DNA from: Balanoglossus misakiensis
Lineage: Eukaryota > Animalia > Hemichordata
DNA: 64,000 bases
Reading direction: 5' to 3'
Assembly (NCBI GenBank): GCA_040954595.2
Contig: CM082578.2
Span: forward strand, 15,546,998-15,610,997
This document shows, one piece after another, positions 1 to 13,596 of this stretch. The notes under the pieces were generated by a model, which made no database searches, was not told where the DNA came from, and saw only the letters and a list, made by a program, of their open reading frames with translations. Made by a program: the position numbers and the translations under genes. Every line of letters starts with the position of its first letter. The stretch's first letter is position 1.

Positions 1-90
1 CCACAACATGGTAAACCACAAGATCTTAAACTTTCAATTCTCAATGTTTTTATAAATAACGCGTGGATATTCCTGTCGTAAATATTGCAG

Positions 91-3000
91 GCCTTCGTCT
101 ATGCGTGGTGCTCGCAGCAGACCAGAGCAGGACCTAGTGACCATCACACAACCCAACAAATCAAGCCAGTACCAATATCAGAACTTCCAGAGCCGTTCCC
201 GGCTGGACGCACGATTGTGGCTGGACTGCCGTCTGGCGCTGGTCAAAGGGCTCATGGGAGAGATCAGAGGAATGGGACAGATTGGAGGTGAGTGGAAAAA
301 GGAGAATATGGTGTTCTAACAGATGATGCATCCTTCATTTGTCTAGAAAATGGATGGTGTGTATTTCTATGCAAGGCCATCTGCATGTTGTACCTTCATG
401 TGCCAGTATGTCTGTAATTGATCTTGTGAATTTATGACACAGTGCATAATGAAAATGTCGACATGAAAAGGAACCGGCTGTCTTTCTATCTTGTGCAAAT
501 CCCAGATGACCTGCATTAATAGCAGGAGTGCTTTTTGTACAGCTGTTCATTATACTGGATGAATTGTTTCAGTCAGGCCCAATTCTTCTCCCAGCTAGCA
601 CTCAATCAGGATGACCATCATCTGTTGCATCAAAATTCCTCTTTCAAGTGCACTTTTCTACACCATTCATGTCAATCGTGCGCCGGCTGTTTCATTTGTT
701 CCAACACCATTCATTGTTATTTCCAGGAAGCTACATACTATGGAAGGTTCAGTGAGTGATATGAGTATCATTAGCAGAATTTGAAAATACAACTCATGCG
801 TGCCTCACTGAAAACACAGCGATCAATCTTTTTGCTGATCAAGGTCAATGCATCATTGGCTGATCTTGGTTCATGTAACAGCTGGACTATAGTTCTACCC
901 TTGAACGATTCTGAAAAAGTTGATGCCATGATGGATTATAGATCAGACCTATATGAATTCCGGGATTAAAATAATGATCAATGGGAAAAGTACAAATCAG
1001 GGATGAATGACAGTGTTTAAATCAGGGCACAATCCATTCATTCTGATAGTGATTTTGGAAAATCTTGTGCCATAGTTAGAACAATTTGCCATGTATAACA
1101 AACTGTTTTGTCAGTTATACATATTTTCGTTTTAACTGAAGGGAAAATAAAGCTGAGCAGACCCAGCTACCCTGTGAACTCAACTATTTTCACAAAACAG
1201 GGGCATACGCCACTTAAAATTCCATTGGTACAACTATTGATTGAAGGGAATTTAAGACAAAGCACTTTTGTAAAATTTTAGTCATCTGTAAATAATATTT
1301 GCACAGCGGGTATTAAATAAGTCCGTCTTTCTGTATTTACATGAATTGGTAACATCCTGTAAATTGTATAAAGAACATGAGAATGTCAAAGTGTAGATTT
1401 TTAAGAAAGGAAGAAAATGGTAAAGGGTATTGAAAGATCCATGGCTATTACAACAATAACTTTTTGGGCCGGGTTTCAATTGAGGCCTAGCACTTTTTGA
1501 GGTTCCACATGTGCATAGCGTGGGTGAGTGTTAGAAATAAAAAGTAGGGTATATGGATTTAATAACCAACAGAGAGATTGAATATGCACAGCAGAAATAT
1601 TACTACATGTACAATGATTCTTTCCCTGTAGTATGGTTTTGGTCAATGAATATCACACACTTTCAATTTAGTTGATCTTTGTGGAGGGGTGTGTCCAAGT
1701 GTGTTCAAATTCAGTTGCATTTGTTGTGTATGACTGAGTATAATCATCCACAACCCCTAAGTTGGAAGGTTTCTGTGTGAAATACATAAGCTAATGATGT
1801 TGTCTTAATTTCTTTGAACAGGCAAAGAGAATGACCTGGATCTACCCGACTCGCGCCAGTATTGTGTGGAGGGACTGGCCGAAGCAGAGGCTTGTGGGGA
1901 CATAGAAATACAGGCAGAGTTCTTGCTGTTGGGTGCCATGATTGATTTGCATGAAGGTCGTAGTTTAGATGACGTCAAGCAGGTGTTACAGGTGAGAAAC
2001 AGATACAGCAGCCACAGACTGGAAGACTGGTGTGAATGTCAGTTATTGGTGATGGAGATGTTTCAACATCTGTACCTTATCTTGTGTAGGCCTATAAGTC
2101 TGGTCTCCATACCCAGTGTGTTTTAGATAGACACACACACAAGGATCTGGATACGTAGTCAACTCTCTTCCATTTTGAAGATCTGCATGTCAATAGAACT
2201 CAAAATGCATTGTTGGGGCAACGAGGTCACCACATGCTCTTGACTCTGACGTTGTTCAAGTCAATCACCCAACACGACACACTACTGGGAACTGGGGTAA
2301 AAGGGTCTAAATTAATCCAAGTAATCTAAGTATTAACACAAAGAAGTGTTTATAGTTTTACAGAAACAAATTATATAATTTTACTATCTATTTGCATTTT
2401 TTCTCACGAGAGCTTTATATGTGCTTCATTTATTCCAAATGAGTTTGACTCAGCCGTTACTTTGTTCAATGCAAATATCCACATCTGGCTGTCAGTGATC
2501 TTCTATGCACAGTAATAATATGTAACATATCATAATTTACATTTGGAATCCATGAAGTAAAATTTTATGGGAATGTCAGCTTGTACCATATAAATGTGAA
2601 AAATGTCGATCAGTCTGTGATATGTCTGCTAGGGATAAGTGGTGATAACCTCCTCAAATAAAATGAGTCAGTTTATTTCTGATGTAGAAAACATGTCTGT
2701 ACACTGGCTTTTGATTTTTGTCAGAAGGAAGGAAAGAAAGCATATTATTATAGATTATTATCAGTGTTTTGTTTTTATTAACTGAAACATGAGAGTGATT
2801 TCGATTTGTTCTTTAAATTCCACAGGACGTGGTTGAGATGCTGAGGAACCTCCAGACCATGTCTACAGTTGGTCAGTTCATCTTAGCCGTTGCTATTGTG
2901 CAGCTGACTGACCTTGACATTCTGTCTGCTGCCAGCTATGAGAAAGAGAAGGGTGAACCCATCACTAGACAGACTCTCAACAACTATACCCATGCACAGA

Positions 3001-6000
3001 ACATCATACTCGGTCAGGTACGTGCTATTTGCGGAACTGCCACCGTGATGTTAGACGGGTTAATGATTGAGTCAAATCACCAGATGCTGCAGCCTTTTAC
3101 TGATTGCATTCATCGTTTTGTGTACTATAGAATTTTGAATGGTGCGGTGGTTTGAGTTCTTTGCATATATAAGTGTGTATGTTGGCATACAGATTTTATA
3201 TTGCATACAAAACGTTCACTATTACGTAGTGTTAGAATTGAATGGGGTTTTGAACTGCAATGCTCGAAAAGCTATGACAATATATAAACTCTCAGTCATT
3301 GACTGAAAAATACTTAGGAGCATTGTGAAGATAAGAAAAACATAGAGAGAAATGTTTGCATTTGTTTCAATTGATATTGATGTGCACATTTGTGTCATGA
3401 TGAGATCCAATATGGTCACCAGGCAGCCATTATGTGATGAAATTTTCATATCCAGAGCTAATTTCTCATGCATGCTTCAACTGATTTCATTACAGATGAT
3501 GTTGTTTGGAGAGCAGGTGGAACACAGAGCTGCTAGTCAATACTACTCCACCCCGACCAGTCCTCTTCGAAACATCTATCTCTACCACGTCTTGTATTTG
3601 GCAAAGATCAAACTGCGCATTGGATACACACTGGCCAGGGAAGCAGCCAAAGTCCAAAACAGGTTTGCCACCAAGTAAGTCATGGTCATTGTCCATTCAG
3701 ACTCTTCAATTATTTACCAGAAGTCGCATTGGGGTCACTCAGGGAAGACCAGTGTAGTGTTTGGTCAGTAATGATCTATATTTGGGAAGGGATGTAAAAA
3801 TCAGTGTTCTCCCCTAGGATCAGCTAATTTGCATAGCAATGTAATTAATTGTTATGATAATGAGTCTCTATTGTTTTCCAAAAATTAAAGGGTATCGGCC
3901 GATACTATTGAATTGTTCTTGGGAGAACACTGCAAAATGCACACACAGCGATGTACATGTATGGTTTGTGTACAGTGACTGTTGAAACATAGGCAAAGGA
4001 CCTGTCTCTCAACAAACACGTGCATTGTACAGAGTGACACCGAGCTTTTTCCCCCGAAAGTGGCCACCATCACTCATGACAGCTCATACACTAGCGATTT
4101 CAAGCTCTAGCCTCTGAAACGGAAGTATCAATTATTATAATACGTGTAACATTATACTGCATGCAAAGGGTGGCCACTTAAGACTTGTGTGGAACTCTAC
4201 AGCTGCTGCATAAAAAGCAAACAAGTACAATGGAGACTGGATTAATCCGGAGGCTGAGTTACACAAGGCAACTCAACGGGAAACTGAATGTGCAACTCAG
4301 TCAGTGCAACAGAAATGGTTACACAGACTTATGCAGTAATTCAGGAACTCTTAACTCTATATACTGCAGTTTGAAACTGATGTACATAGTCTTTTAAGCA
4401 TTTTATGACAGGTTGACAGGTATGCATCTTGCCTGTCTCTGGATTAAAGGTCCACTGTCTGTAACTTTTGATTCTTTGTTTTCAGTATTTTTGTTCTGTG
4501 TATCATCCATGGTTTCTTGTTTGACTCCCTCAAAGCAGGATTAAATGCCTAGTATTTATCTTCTCAACCAAGCCCATATGTGCATATATCAGCATTGTTT
4601 AAAATCATACAGAAATTGCATCAAGTCCAGATTTGAATTCATTTCTGAACAATTACCATGATCCGTACACACACTCGTACGCATGACTTACTGACAAGCA
4701 TTGATCTGTTTTGACCCCAAATGTTTTGTTTAGGAATCTTGGTGAGAAATCTGCTGATATCTGGATTGAGTGTGCGGCTGTTCTGGGCACAGCGTTGGAG
4801 TTGTGCAGTGTGGCAGCCATCAAAGAGCCAAGCCTCGAAGCTGAAATTTTGCTAACACTAGGCAAGTACATGTAGTCACTGCAGCCACGAATCTTTCACC
4901 AGTTTTTAGACACTAGACTCAAACTTTGTAACTTCATAATTATGTGATGTTGAAATACATGAAGCAAATTGGGAATGTAAATGTTTTTAGAATGTATGGA
5001 ATAAACACTCCTGTTTTCTGATTTCTGCTGTGGAAAAAGTTGAGAATCAAAATAATTATCTGCAATTTGTGTTTGACCACTTTCTTCCTGTCTTTAATAA
5101 CAGGTAAAGTCCAGAGACAGTTGTGTGAATGTGGTGCCTATCAACCCAGAGCTGTGGCAAACACTCTCATCCAGGCGATCAACATCAGTTACAATGCCAA
5201 TCATGATCTGGGGTAAGATACCTTCAAATAACACACAGTGGAATATTCCTTCAACAGTATGGGATATTGCGTCAAACACAACACCAGAAACTAAGAACAC
5301 TTGTACCGGGTATATCGAATAACTCTGGCAAAAATTTGAAGTCTTTAACTGTGAAATCATAAATTCTCATGAGATAAATTGGCAGTTATCCAAATCAACA
5401 CAAAGCAACAGAATGGCACCAGTGTAATTATAAATCCATCTCTGAGGAAGACAGAATATAGATTAAGCTTACCATAATACTGAGTGTAGATTGTTTGATT
5501 CTCTCTATCCTCTGCGTCTTTTCAGTCTGATTCGTCAAGCCTATTTAGAAATAGCCTTATTGTACCTATCCATTGAGGCCCAGAGCAAACCACCAACCAG
5601 TGACAGTTTGGCTGACAAGGAGATAACAACACCACAGAAAAAGGTAATCATTTGATCCTTAATTGACATGTTGATGGGAATTAACTCAGTCTGTCTCAAA
5701 TGACTTTTGTGTGTGTGAAATGTTGGCTTTTCTTGCTCATAAGGTTTCCAGATGGATGATGGACAATGCAGCCTATCTGATAAACCATAAGGTTTCTTTT
5801 CACAGTAGGGTAGACTCTAGAATATTCATGAGTTGTGGTGACTTATCTCACAACTGCACTGGCTGCTGCCATTTTGAATGTCAAGTACCAGTATGTCACA
5901 TTGGATCATGTTGATTTTGACACAAACCAACATGTAGCTCTCCCACTGTAATAATATATTTAGCCAGAGTTTGCTTTTTAGTCGTCAAATGTAAATAATA

Positions 6001-9000
6001 CTTAGGTCAACCAGCTGCAGGTGAAACCTATATACACAGTCAGCTGACAGTCATTTCAGTATTACTGTTTACGTGTTGGTTATTACCTCTCAGATGTTTT
6101 CATTAAATAAACAATTTAACATCCAAATCAGAGCGTGTGTGCAACAGATGGATATTGCGCAGATGAAACAACCAGTGTCAATAAATTTACAGTTTACTTT
6201 GTGTGCTTGCTGTGTATTTTTGCCTCATGCTGGCACTGGTTTATGACGGAGTATCTTGTTCAATCAGCAAATCAAAAACTTTATTCTGTTCCCAACTGTA
6301 TGTCTGCTTTAAAATGAACCATTTCAGTTCAAATCTTTCAAAGCACTGGAAATTAAAATCATGACTCAAGAAAACACACACATATACCTAAAGAAAAATA
6401 TGCAAAGTGGAATATATAAAATTGGAAAAAAAATTGTACACTAAAAGCTTGTAACCAAATTTACGTCATATACAGTTAGAATGAAAGACATTTCTGCCAG
6501 TTTGAACACCAGCGAGGAAAGAAATATGATTGTGGAAGCTTCATGCAGAACATGTTAATTGTAAATAGATGATGAATTTCTGTCAGAAATGAAAACGTGA
6601 TGATCTGATAATGCGAAAAAAACAAGGCAGTCAGAGAGGCTTTAAATTAATACCGGGAGTGCTTTTGTTGTTTGTGACCTTTGACCTCAAGGAGACCTGG
6701 TAAAAGCTTAAATTTACACATATGCCACTTGCATATGCCAAAAGAGGTCTGTAAAATTTGAGGTGATTGGAAATGCAAAATTTGACAGTCTCAAGCTTGC
6801 TGTTATGGCAAAAACTTTGTTGATTTTGTGTGCATGAAAAATATTTCTATGTGGTAAAAATTGGAAATAAATGTTAGGTTCAAAAGAGGAAGATGGATAT
6901 GTTATTTTCTGACGAATTCGGAATTTTGGTGGTCAGTTACCCTGTAATTCCATTGAGTTTTAAAACAGCTGATGGATGATGCATTTGGATTATTTTCAGC
7001 TGTTGCAAACTGTTTCCTTTGTATATAATCTGAGATAAATCCAGTGTTTCAGCCAAAACAATGGGCTTAGCAGCTGTTGTACAGGTTGGGGTTTAACCTT
7101 TGACCTCTAGCATTACGATGAGAAGGTTTTGCCTGGATCAGTCCCTAGTGGAATGATATGATATGACAACTACATTGAAATATGTCCACAATAGAGTAGC
7201 TAAAACACCGTTTTCTTGCGAAGAACCCCCAAATTGTATAAAAAGCATAAAATGTGCATGTTGATTCCAAATTTTGGCAAACTTTTGGCCGTGGTGTTAG
7301 GATTAGGGAAGGTTATATTCTTTTGTCAATGTTGCCTGCATGTTTATATCACATTCAAAAAAGATGCAAATGTTACCTCATATTGTTAATTGCTAAAGAG
7401 CAAATTTGTCTGACAGTTTCTTTCTATGGAGACTGCTATTCTGATTTAACACATCCTCCATAATGTGTTTGTCACAGGAATCACACGCGGCTAAACTTGA
7501 CACTAAGTACCCATTGATTAAAGGCATTTCCCTTGATCCCCAGGAATCATTATACAGTTCAAAATTCCTACACTTGACCACAAATAATAAAGGAATGCTC
7601 AAACACGCAGCTGATGGATGATGATGTGCTTAATCAGAATGTTTATAGCATTTATGACTATATGATTACCCGGTAGTCACATAAATCATTAACTGTCACG
7701 CTATAAAAATAACAGATAATTCAATTGTCTGTGGTGCACATCAGGAGTGTATTAGAGATGCTAATACATGCACGTAGTTGTGTGGAACATTTGTAATATT
7801 TGCGCATTAATTCTTTTGACCAGAATATTTTATTTCATGAGAACTTGCTTGTTGAAATGACTTTTCATTTTTCATGCATTTACGTCCAATAGATGTCACA
7901 TAATTGGTCAACCATATATCTGTTCAGACTGTGTTTATATGTTTGTTGTTTATCAAATTTGCCTTTTTTATTGGTTTTGTTGCCATGGTTTGCTAAATTT
8001 GGCATTTGTTTGGTTTTAATAATAAAAGTACCACATTCACACAAGATCGTGGGAGTATTTTACATGTTTTGTCATCTCCTATTTACTTTGTGGTTCTCCA
8101 TACAAGCGTTCTCAAATCAAATACACAAACATGCTGTCTATGAATAAATCTAGGAAACAAGCCATGATTTACACACTGCTGTATTCACTCATAGAGATCT
8201 GTTTCCATATTTTGCAGACTCCAAGCAAGGTTTCCCGCGGCAGCACAAAGACATCCATGAGAAGCCAGAAAAGTGATCGGGACATCATACGGGAAAAGAA
8301 CCGGGAACGGAACGCAGCATGGATCGCCGTGCGTGCAGCCACTGCAGCATCGGTCGCTCAACGTACGAGGTCTCTGATGGTCGGTGATCCTCAACTCACA
8401 TCGTTGAAACTTACCAGTAAGATCCGTCAACAGGTGCCTGAGTTTGCAGTCATGGATATGGTCGGTGGACAGACAGCTAAACCCATCCCACCAAAGCCAG
8501 GTACTATATTGCTCACTTAATGTTTAAAATTTATGGATGAAAATGTAGTCTCTATTATATCTATCAGATGTTTCTTCTTGTTAGTATTGATTTTAATCAA
8601 CAATTTGTTTTTTTCTTGAATCAATTGAGTCCTGCTTGCATTTGTCAGAATGAGGGGAGTTACCTGAGTGTATGTCTGAGATGTTGTATCTTTTTCCTTG
8701 TGCAGAAACTCATGGCAAAGGCTTGGAACCAGTCCAAGAGGGTGTCCATCTCAGCAGTGATGCTGAGTCAGTACGTTCTGATGATGACACTATTCTCAAA
8801 GCTCTCAAATCTGGACTTGACATCAGCTGGATTCACATTTTAGGCTACAGTTCCATCCTGCAGCGTCTCTGCAATACCGCTACTCTAGGGATCGCGTCAG
8901 ATGCCTTTAACTTGCAGAGTGGTGGTACTGTCAGTTTGGGCACCGGCTTCGAGTTTGGCTACGTCAACCCATCCGGACAGGACAGCGGGGTCAACCACGA

Positions 9001-10392
9001 CATCATCCGACTTCCCCTGATGTGCGGCAAGATGGCTCTGCGCCAAGCCCTCATCCATGAGTTCCTGGCAGAAAACCTTCCTCAGTATGCCAGTGAATGC
9101 TGTGCCATAGCTCCACCCAGCTCCCTCAATCTCAAGTGGCAAGGCCCGGCGACTCAGCTGAACATCCCTATCAAGCGGTACGAAGAGAATGTATACATCG
9201 CCTCGCAGCCCGAGAAAGACGACGTCACAGATGCAGTGCCCACTATAGTCAAGAAGACAGATGCAGCAACTGCTGCAGATGCCCTCGAAAAGACCGTGAC
9301 TGGCAGCGCCGAGAATGAAATCTCTATCCAGTGGTACCAGCCGGCATTGGAAGACTCTCCAGCCGACAGTGGCAATGGAGTGCTTCTGGTTTATGCAACC
9401 AACAAGGAAGAGAAGAAAAGCAAGTCGTCCACCACTCTGGCCGCCCCCACCACTGCAGGAAAGATGTGGCTCCCTCTCAGCCAGCTCATCGAGCTGCATG
9501 CCAAGTTAGCTGTGGTCAGACAGAAGGCCGAGATCTCCCTGGCAGAACAGCCAAAACCACCTACGCAGACACCCAGTACCACTAAACAGACCAGCAGGAA
9601 GACTAAGAGAACAACACGTATAACTCAACTGTCTGCTAAAATGAAGAAGGATGAAAACCTTGAGGTAAGTTCCAAAACCATCCCCGGAGAATAGTCATTA
9701 CCAGAATGTCATTTGTGTATCTGTCTGTCTGTCTGTCTGTCTGGATGGATGGATGGATGGATGGATGGAGGGACGAATCAACATGGATACTTATACAAAT
9801 GTAGCTAGGCTGCAGTAGCTAGTTATCAATGATTAAACCTCAAAACATGTATGCCACACAACGCTACACCACATAAGCTTTTGGTGGTTGTTGTTTCAAC
9901 CCATACGTGCTTTATAAATATTTGGTTAGGATATAAAGTGTTGTTAATAATATTTTGAAATTTGCTTTTCAGACGTTGTTAAAACAGTGTATTGCTGACA
10001 TTCATACTCTTCTGAAGTACAAACATGACCCAGATAAACCATTGCAGGTAGGTATATATTTAGTACATCACATGGTTCTTAATAGCAAACTTCCCTATAT
10101 AAAGGGATTGTCAACAATAACAATGGTTGATACACACATACAAGTATATGTGGAGTACTATGTATATGAGCATGCATTTTGGAACCAAGCAAAATGCTGA
10201 ATTTATGTCCAAAAGTTAAAGCTAATGTCCTTTAAACAAACTAACTAATTTCTGTGTGTCTATTGACAGATCCCTTTCCCAGTTGCTCTGATGAACATAC
10301 ACAATGTTGAACAACTGTTTGATCCCAGCTATGGCGACTGGATGAAGAACAACAATGACATCTTCAAATGGGTATCTGATATACTACTGTAG
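91..10392 (+). CDS. CFAP54: Cilia- and flagella-associated protein 54, 3' portion (gene begins upstream of the window), 11 coding exons
   Basis: Hand-built exons with consistent phases: 91-287, 1822-1991, 2826-3017, 3496-3674, 4734-4861, 5104-5212, 5526-5643, 8218-8500, 8706-9664, 9973-10047, 10270-10392 (TAG). The translation contains segments I recognise from the CFAP54 C-terminal region: RLWLDCRLALV, EGLAEAEACGDIE, NIYLYHVLYLAKIKLRIG, EAEILLTLGKVQRQ, HDLGLIRQAYLEIALLY, AAWIAVRAA, ISIQWYQP and terminal IPFPVALMNIHNVEQLFDPSYG...IFKWVSDILL*. Intron 4862-5103 is GC-AG. Confidence 0.85.
9721..9768. repeat. Compound microsatellite (CTGT)n(GGAT)n in a CFAP54 intron
   Basis: ctgtctgtct...ctggatggatggatggatgg is seen directly. 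Confidence 0.9.
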
Positions 10393-10537
10393 TTTAACTC
10401 TCGACGAAAACAATTGCAACCAACAGAAAGATGTTGCAATCTGTCAACCATACGCAGTCGTAAATGTTATTTGATTACAATGGAGACATGGGATCAAGAT
10501 AATATTGGAAATCGGGATTCTCATAAGCTACTTTTAA

Positions 10538-10543
10538 AATAAA
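10538..10543 (+). promoter_or_regulatory. Candidate polyadenylation signal of CFAP54
   Basis: AATAAA lies ~145 nt downstream of the stop codon, followed by T-rich sequence. Confidence 0.45.
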
Positions 10544-13500
10544 GCTAGGCTGAGTTTTCTCTATGATTAGAATGTCCATCTTTTCATGTGATACATCAGC
10601 TGTACATGATTTCAAAAATATGTGAATACCATACTGAATATTCACCAGTGTATAGCAAGTGGAAATTTACAGCAAAATACTTTTTTTTAAATCCGTCCAA
10701 TTCCATTGAATTTCAGTCTGTAGTATTTGTTTACAGACAAATGATAGGCATTCTTCAATATTGTTATTGTTACTGAATGCTGAGTTTGGTGTGTACATGT
10801 TGAACTAACAATCACAGCTGATTCCATGCATGATACATGTATTTGTGTATAATGATATTCTTTTTTTAAATTTCTTACTTGTCACTTTCTCAATACATCC
10901 ATGTTGATCGATGTTATATAAATATTGCACTTTTGTGTGGATTTTTAAAGAATTTATAATTGTTAATTCATTGATTATGTGAAATTCATACCAATTGTTT
11001 TACAATTACCTGCAACTTAACGAAAAGGCAATTGTTTTGGCTCTGGAAAATAGATACCGTCATGATGCCCAGACCAAGGCCCATGCATACAGCACTGACG
11101 TTTGAACAGTTTCTGTCACAAAGAGCATTCATCATAAAGTAAAGAGCCATGTTGGTAGTGATCATACGTTATGTGGGGATATGTCCTTAAATCCATAATT
11201 TACGACGTGTTTATAGGATAAAATTTTAGTTGTCCCGGCTTTGCAGTAAATATATGTTGACAGTACAAAGCGGTGGCGATTGAATATACATGTCTACAGT
11301 GTTTCCGCAATTTTTGATAAATTACTCAGTTGTTACAATCACTCACAGTATTAAAATATTTAGCCGCCAAAATTATATATAGGTAGATCTGTGCTAACTA
11401 AGAGTTTGATGGTGACATCTTATCCGCCATTGCGACACACAAACTTACCAGAAAAATGTCTACACACGGAAAATTAATAAGCATTTTCACTATTAACATA
11501 TTTCATGTCTCACAGAGAAAATCATAAAAACAGTTCCATGTTTACGGAGACTGTTTACTGACAATTTGGGAAAGCTTTAGACGCCAGTAAAACATTTATA
11601 TTGCTTACTTTATTAGAAAATAGATTTGTAAATTTGTTCCTATAAATTTCACCATCTGGAAACCGATTTATTACATATCAGCAGTTATCACTTTCGCTAG
11701 TTAAACACTATACATTTAGGAATAAATTTACAAAGCTGATGTGGCAATTAAAACAAGATTTTGCTGTTTACTGGCGTCAACAGGTCTTTTACATTGCCAG
11801 TCAGCAAATGACTGTACCTCATAGGTACCATCGATAGTTTGGCCAATATTGACTCCGTGGTGAAAATTATTGATTTGAAAACTGAAGAAATTCACAATGA
11901 CGAAACTGGTAAGGCAACACGCAGACAGTAAAACAGATGTTGCTTTAATTTGACAGTTACAGATTTGAACTAGGCCTATTGGTGTTTCTAACTGAGCAAA
12001 TCCCATGGCCAATTAACGGAATAAAGACGAACCGCCCACACCAAGTTCATAGAACCCAGCTGCCACAAGTATTAAATTTGTTTATAGTTCATGTATATTG
12101 AACGATTAGAAGCCATCAATCAAATTTGACCACCAACGCTTTATCAGAGATCTTTGTACTAAACTACCAAGTTTAGGTCAATTACATGTAATAAACATGT
12201 CGGCGATCTCTACAATGACAATGTTCGATCTTAAAGTAGAGAATACGGAGCCTAGGGCATTTTCTATAAGTTGTGTATCTAATTTATTAACTATTATAAA
12301 CTCACTGACATCTAACACACGCTCATTAATTATGGATTTTGCACGCTTAGAATCATGTTAACATTTCTCAAAAAGCTTTATATAGGCCTATACCTTTTTT
12401 CAAGCAAAATACTTTTGGAGTGTGTTACCGGAAAAAATGGTTTCATTTCTTTTCCATGGCGTCATCGTATAGGCCAAGAAAAGACATTTTTGTGTTTCCG
12501 GTAATCGGCATACCGTAGTTCGTTTCTACCCAATCCTCGACAATCGTTCAAATTTGATTTCAATTACGTCTACGTCAAAGAATTCAAAAAATTCGCGCAA
12601 ATATATTGCTAGTTTGCAAATTTCATGTTTTCATAGTTATACTATCTGGTTTTATTTTTGCATCAGATTTGCAGCTCTGTACGATGTTCTGACGTAATTC
12701 AGATCGCAAAGGATTGAAATCGGAGATTTTAATCTTATACATCTCAAACATATGGTCGTCTGCGCGAGCATTAATTTTAAGTTTTCTAAGCTTACATATT
12801 TCTATATCCCTAGTATTTGGATTTACTTACAGACGGTCCTGGCTTAATATTACATCTGTGATTATATCTAGTCGACTGATGTTTTTTTAAAGCTAAGAAC
12901 ACCCGAGTTTCAAAAATTACGGCAGTTCAGCTTTACTTTTGACTGTTGGAATGGAGAGCACATTTATGTTTTTCTTAATGTGCATTTTTTGAAAAGATCT
13001 TACCCCTGTAGTAAAACATAACACAGAAAGTACCGGAAATGTGGACAGTTGAAGATGGGATTACCTGTGCAGCGTATACTATGTATTTCTGTATGTTTAC
13101 CCATCCCAGGTTTCCCCAATGGGCATGGCAAATCAAACCCCTATAATTAAGACTTGCGTCAACGGTTGGCTAAAATCTTTTAATAGGCGGTCGCAAGTGA
13201 TGAGGGATTTTCCTCTTGAAACAGTGAGTGTATATCCGCTGACAACTCGCCTGACCATGGGATCAGATCAACTGGTATTCTTCTATTGATTGCGCATATT
13301 AGCATATGCGTCATATTGTGCGAAATCACACAGAGCCGGGCCTGTCGTCGAGCTAAGGCCTATGCTTAGACCTAGGGATGCCTTGTTAATAGACCAGCAG
13401 ACGGCATTCTGTTGTATGCGCGGGTGGAAAGTAAACACACTGGCCAGCACCATGTCTCCTCTCAGCTCCACCGTCGTCCAGTCTATGTCCCCTTGTCCGT

Positions 13501-13596
13501 AAGGGCGGTCCCTGCCACTTTCTTTTTCGGATGTCAGTCACCGCTGATCATCCCATCACCAACCGGGCTGCTTTTGCGAATTCCATCGGTGCGAAG

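Noticed and set aside
6675-6687. Perfect DR1 nuclear-receptor element TGACCTTTGACCT (similar motifs near 7097 and 56694)
   Set aside because: It is a short motif in an intron. Such TGACCT repeats are common in invertebrate interspersed repeats, and there is no evidence of function.
8897-9499. 200-aa antisense ORF
   Set aside because: It is a shadow of the large CFAP54 exon 8706-9664 and has no independent features.
12470-13040. Possible degenerate MITE (taggccaagaaaa...gtttccggta ... taccggaaa)
   Set aside because: Only a 9-bp inverted match, with no clear termini or target-site duplication. It would need a repeat-library search.
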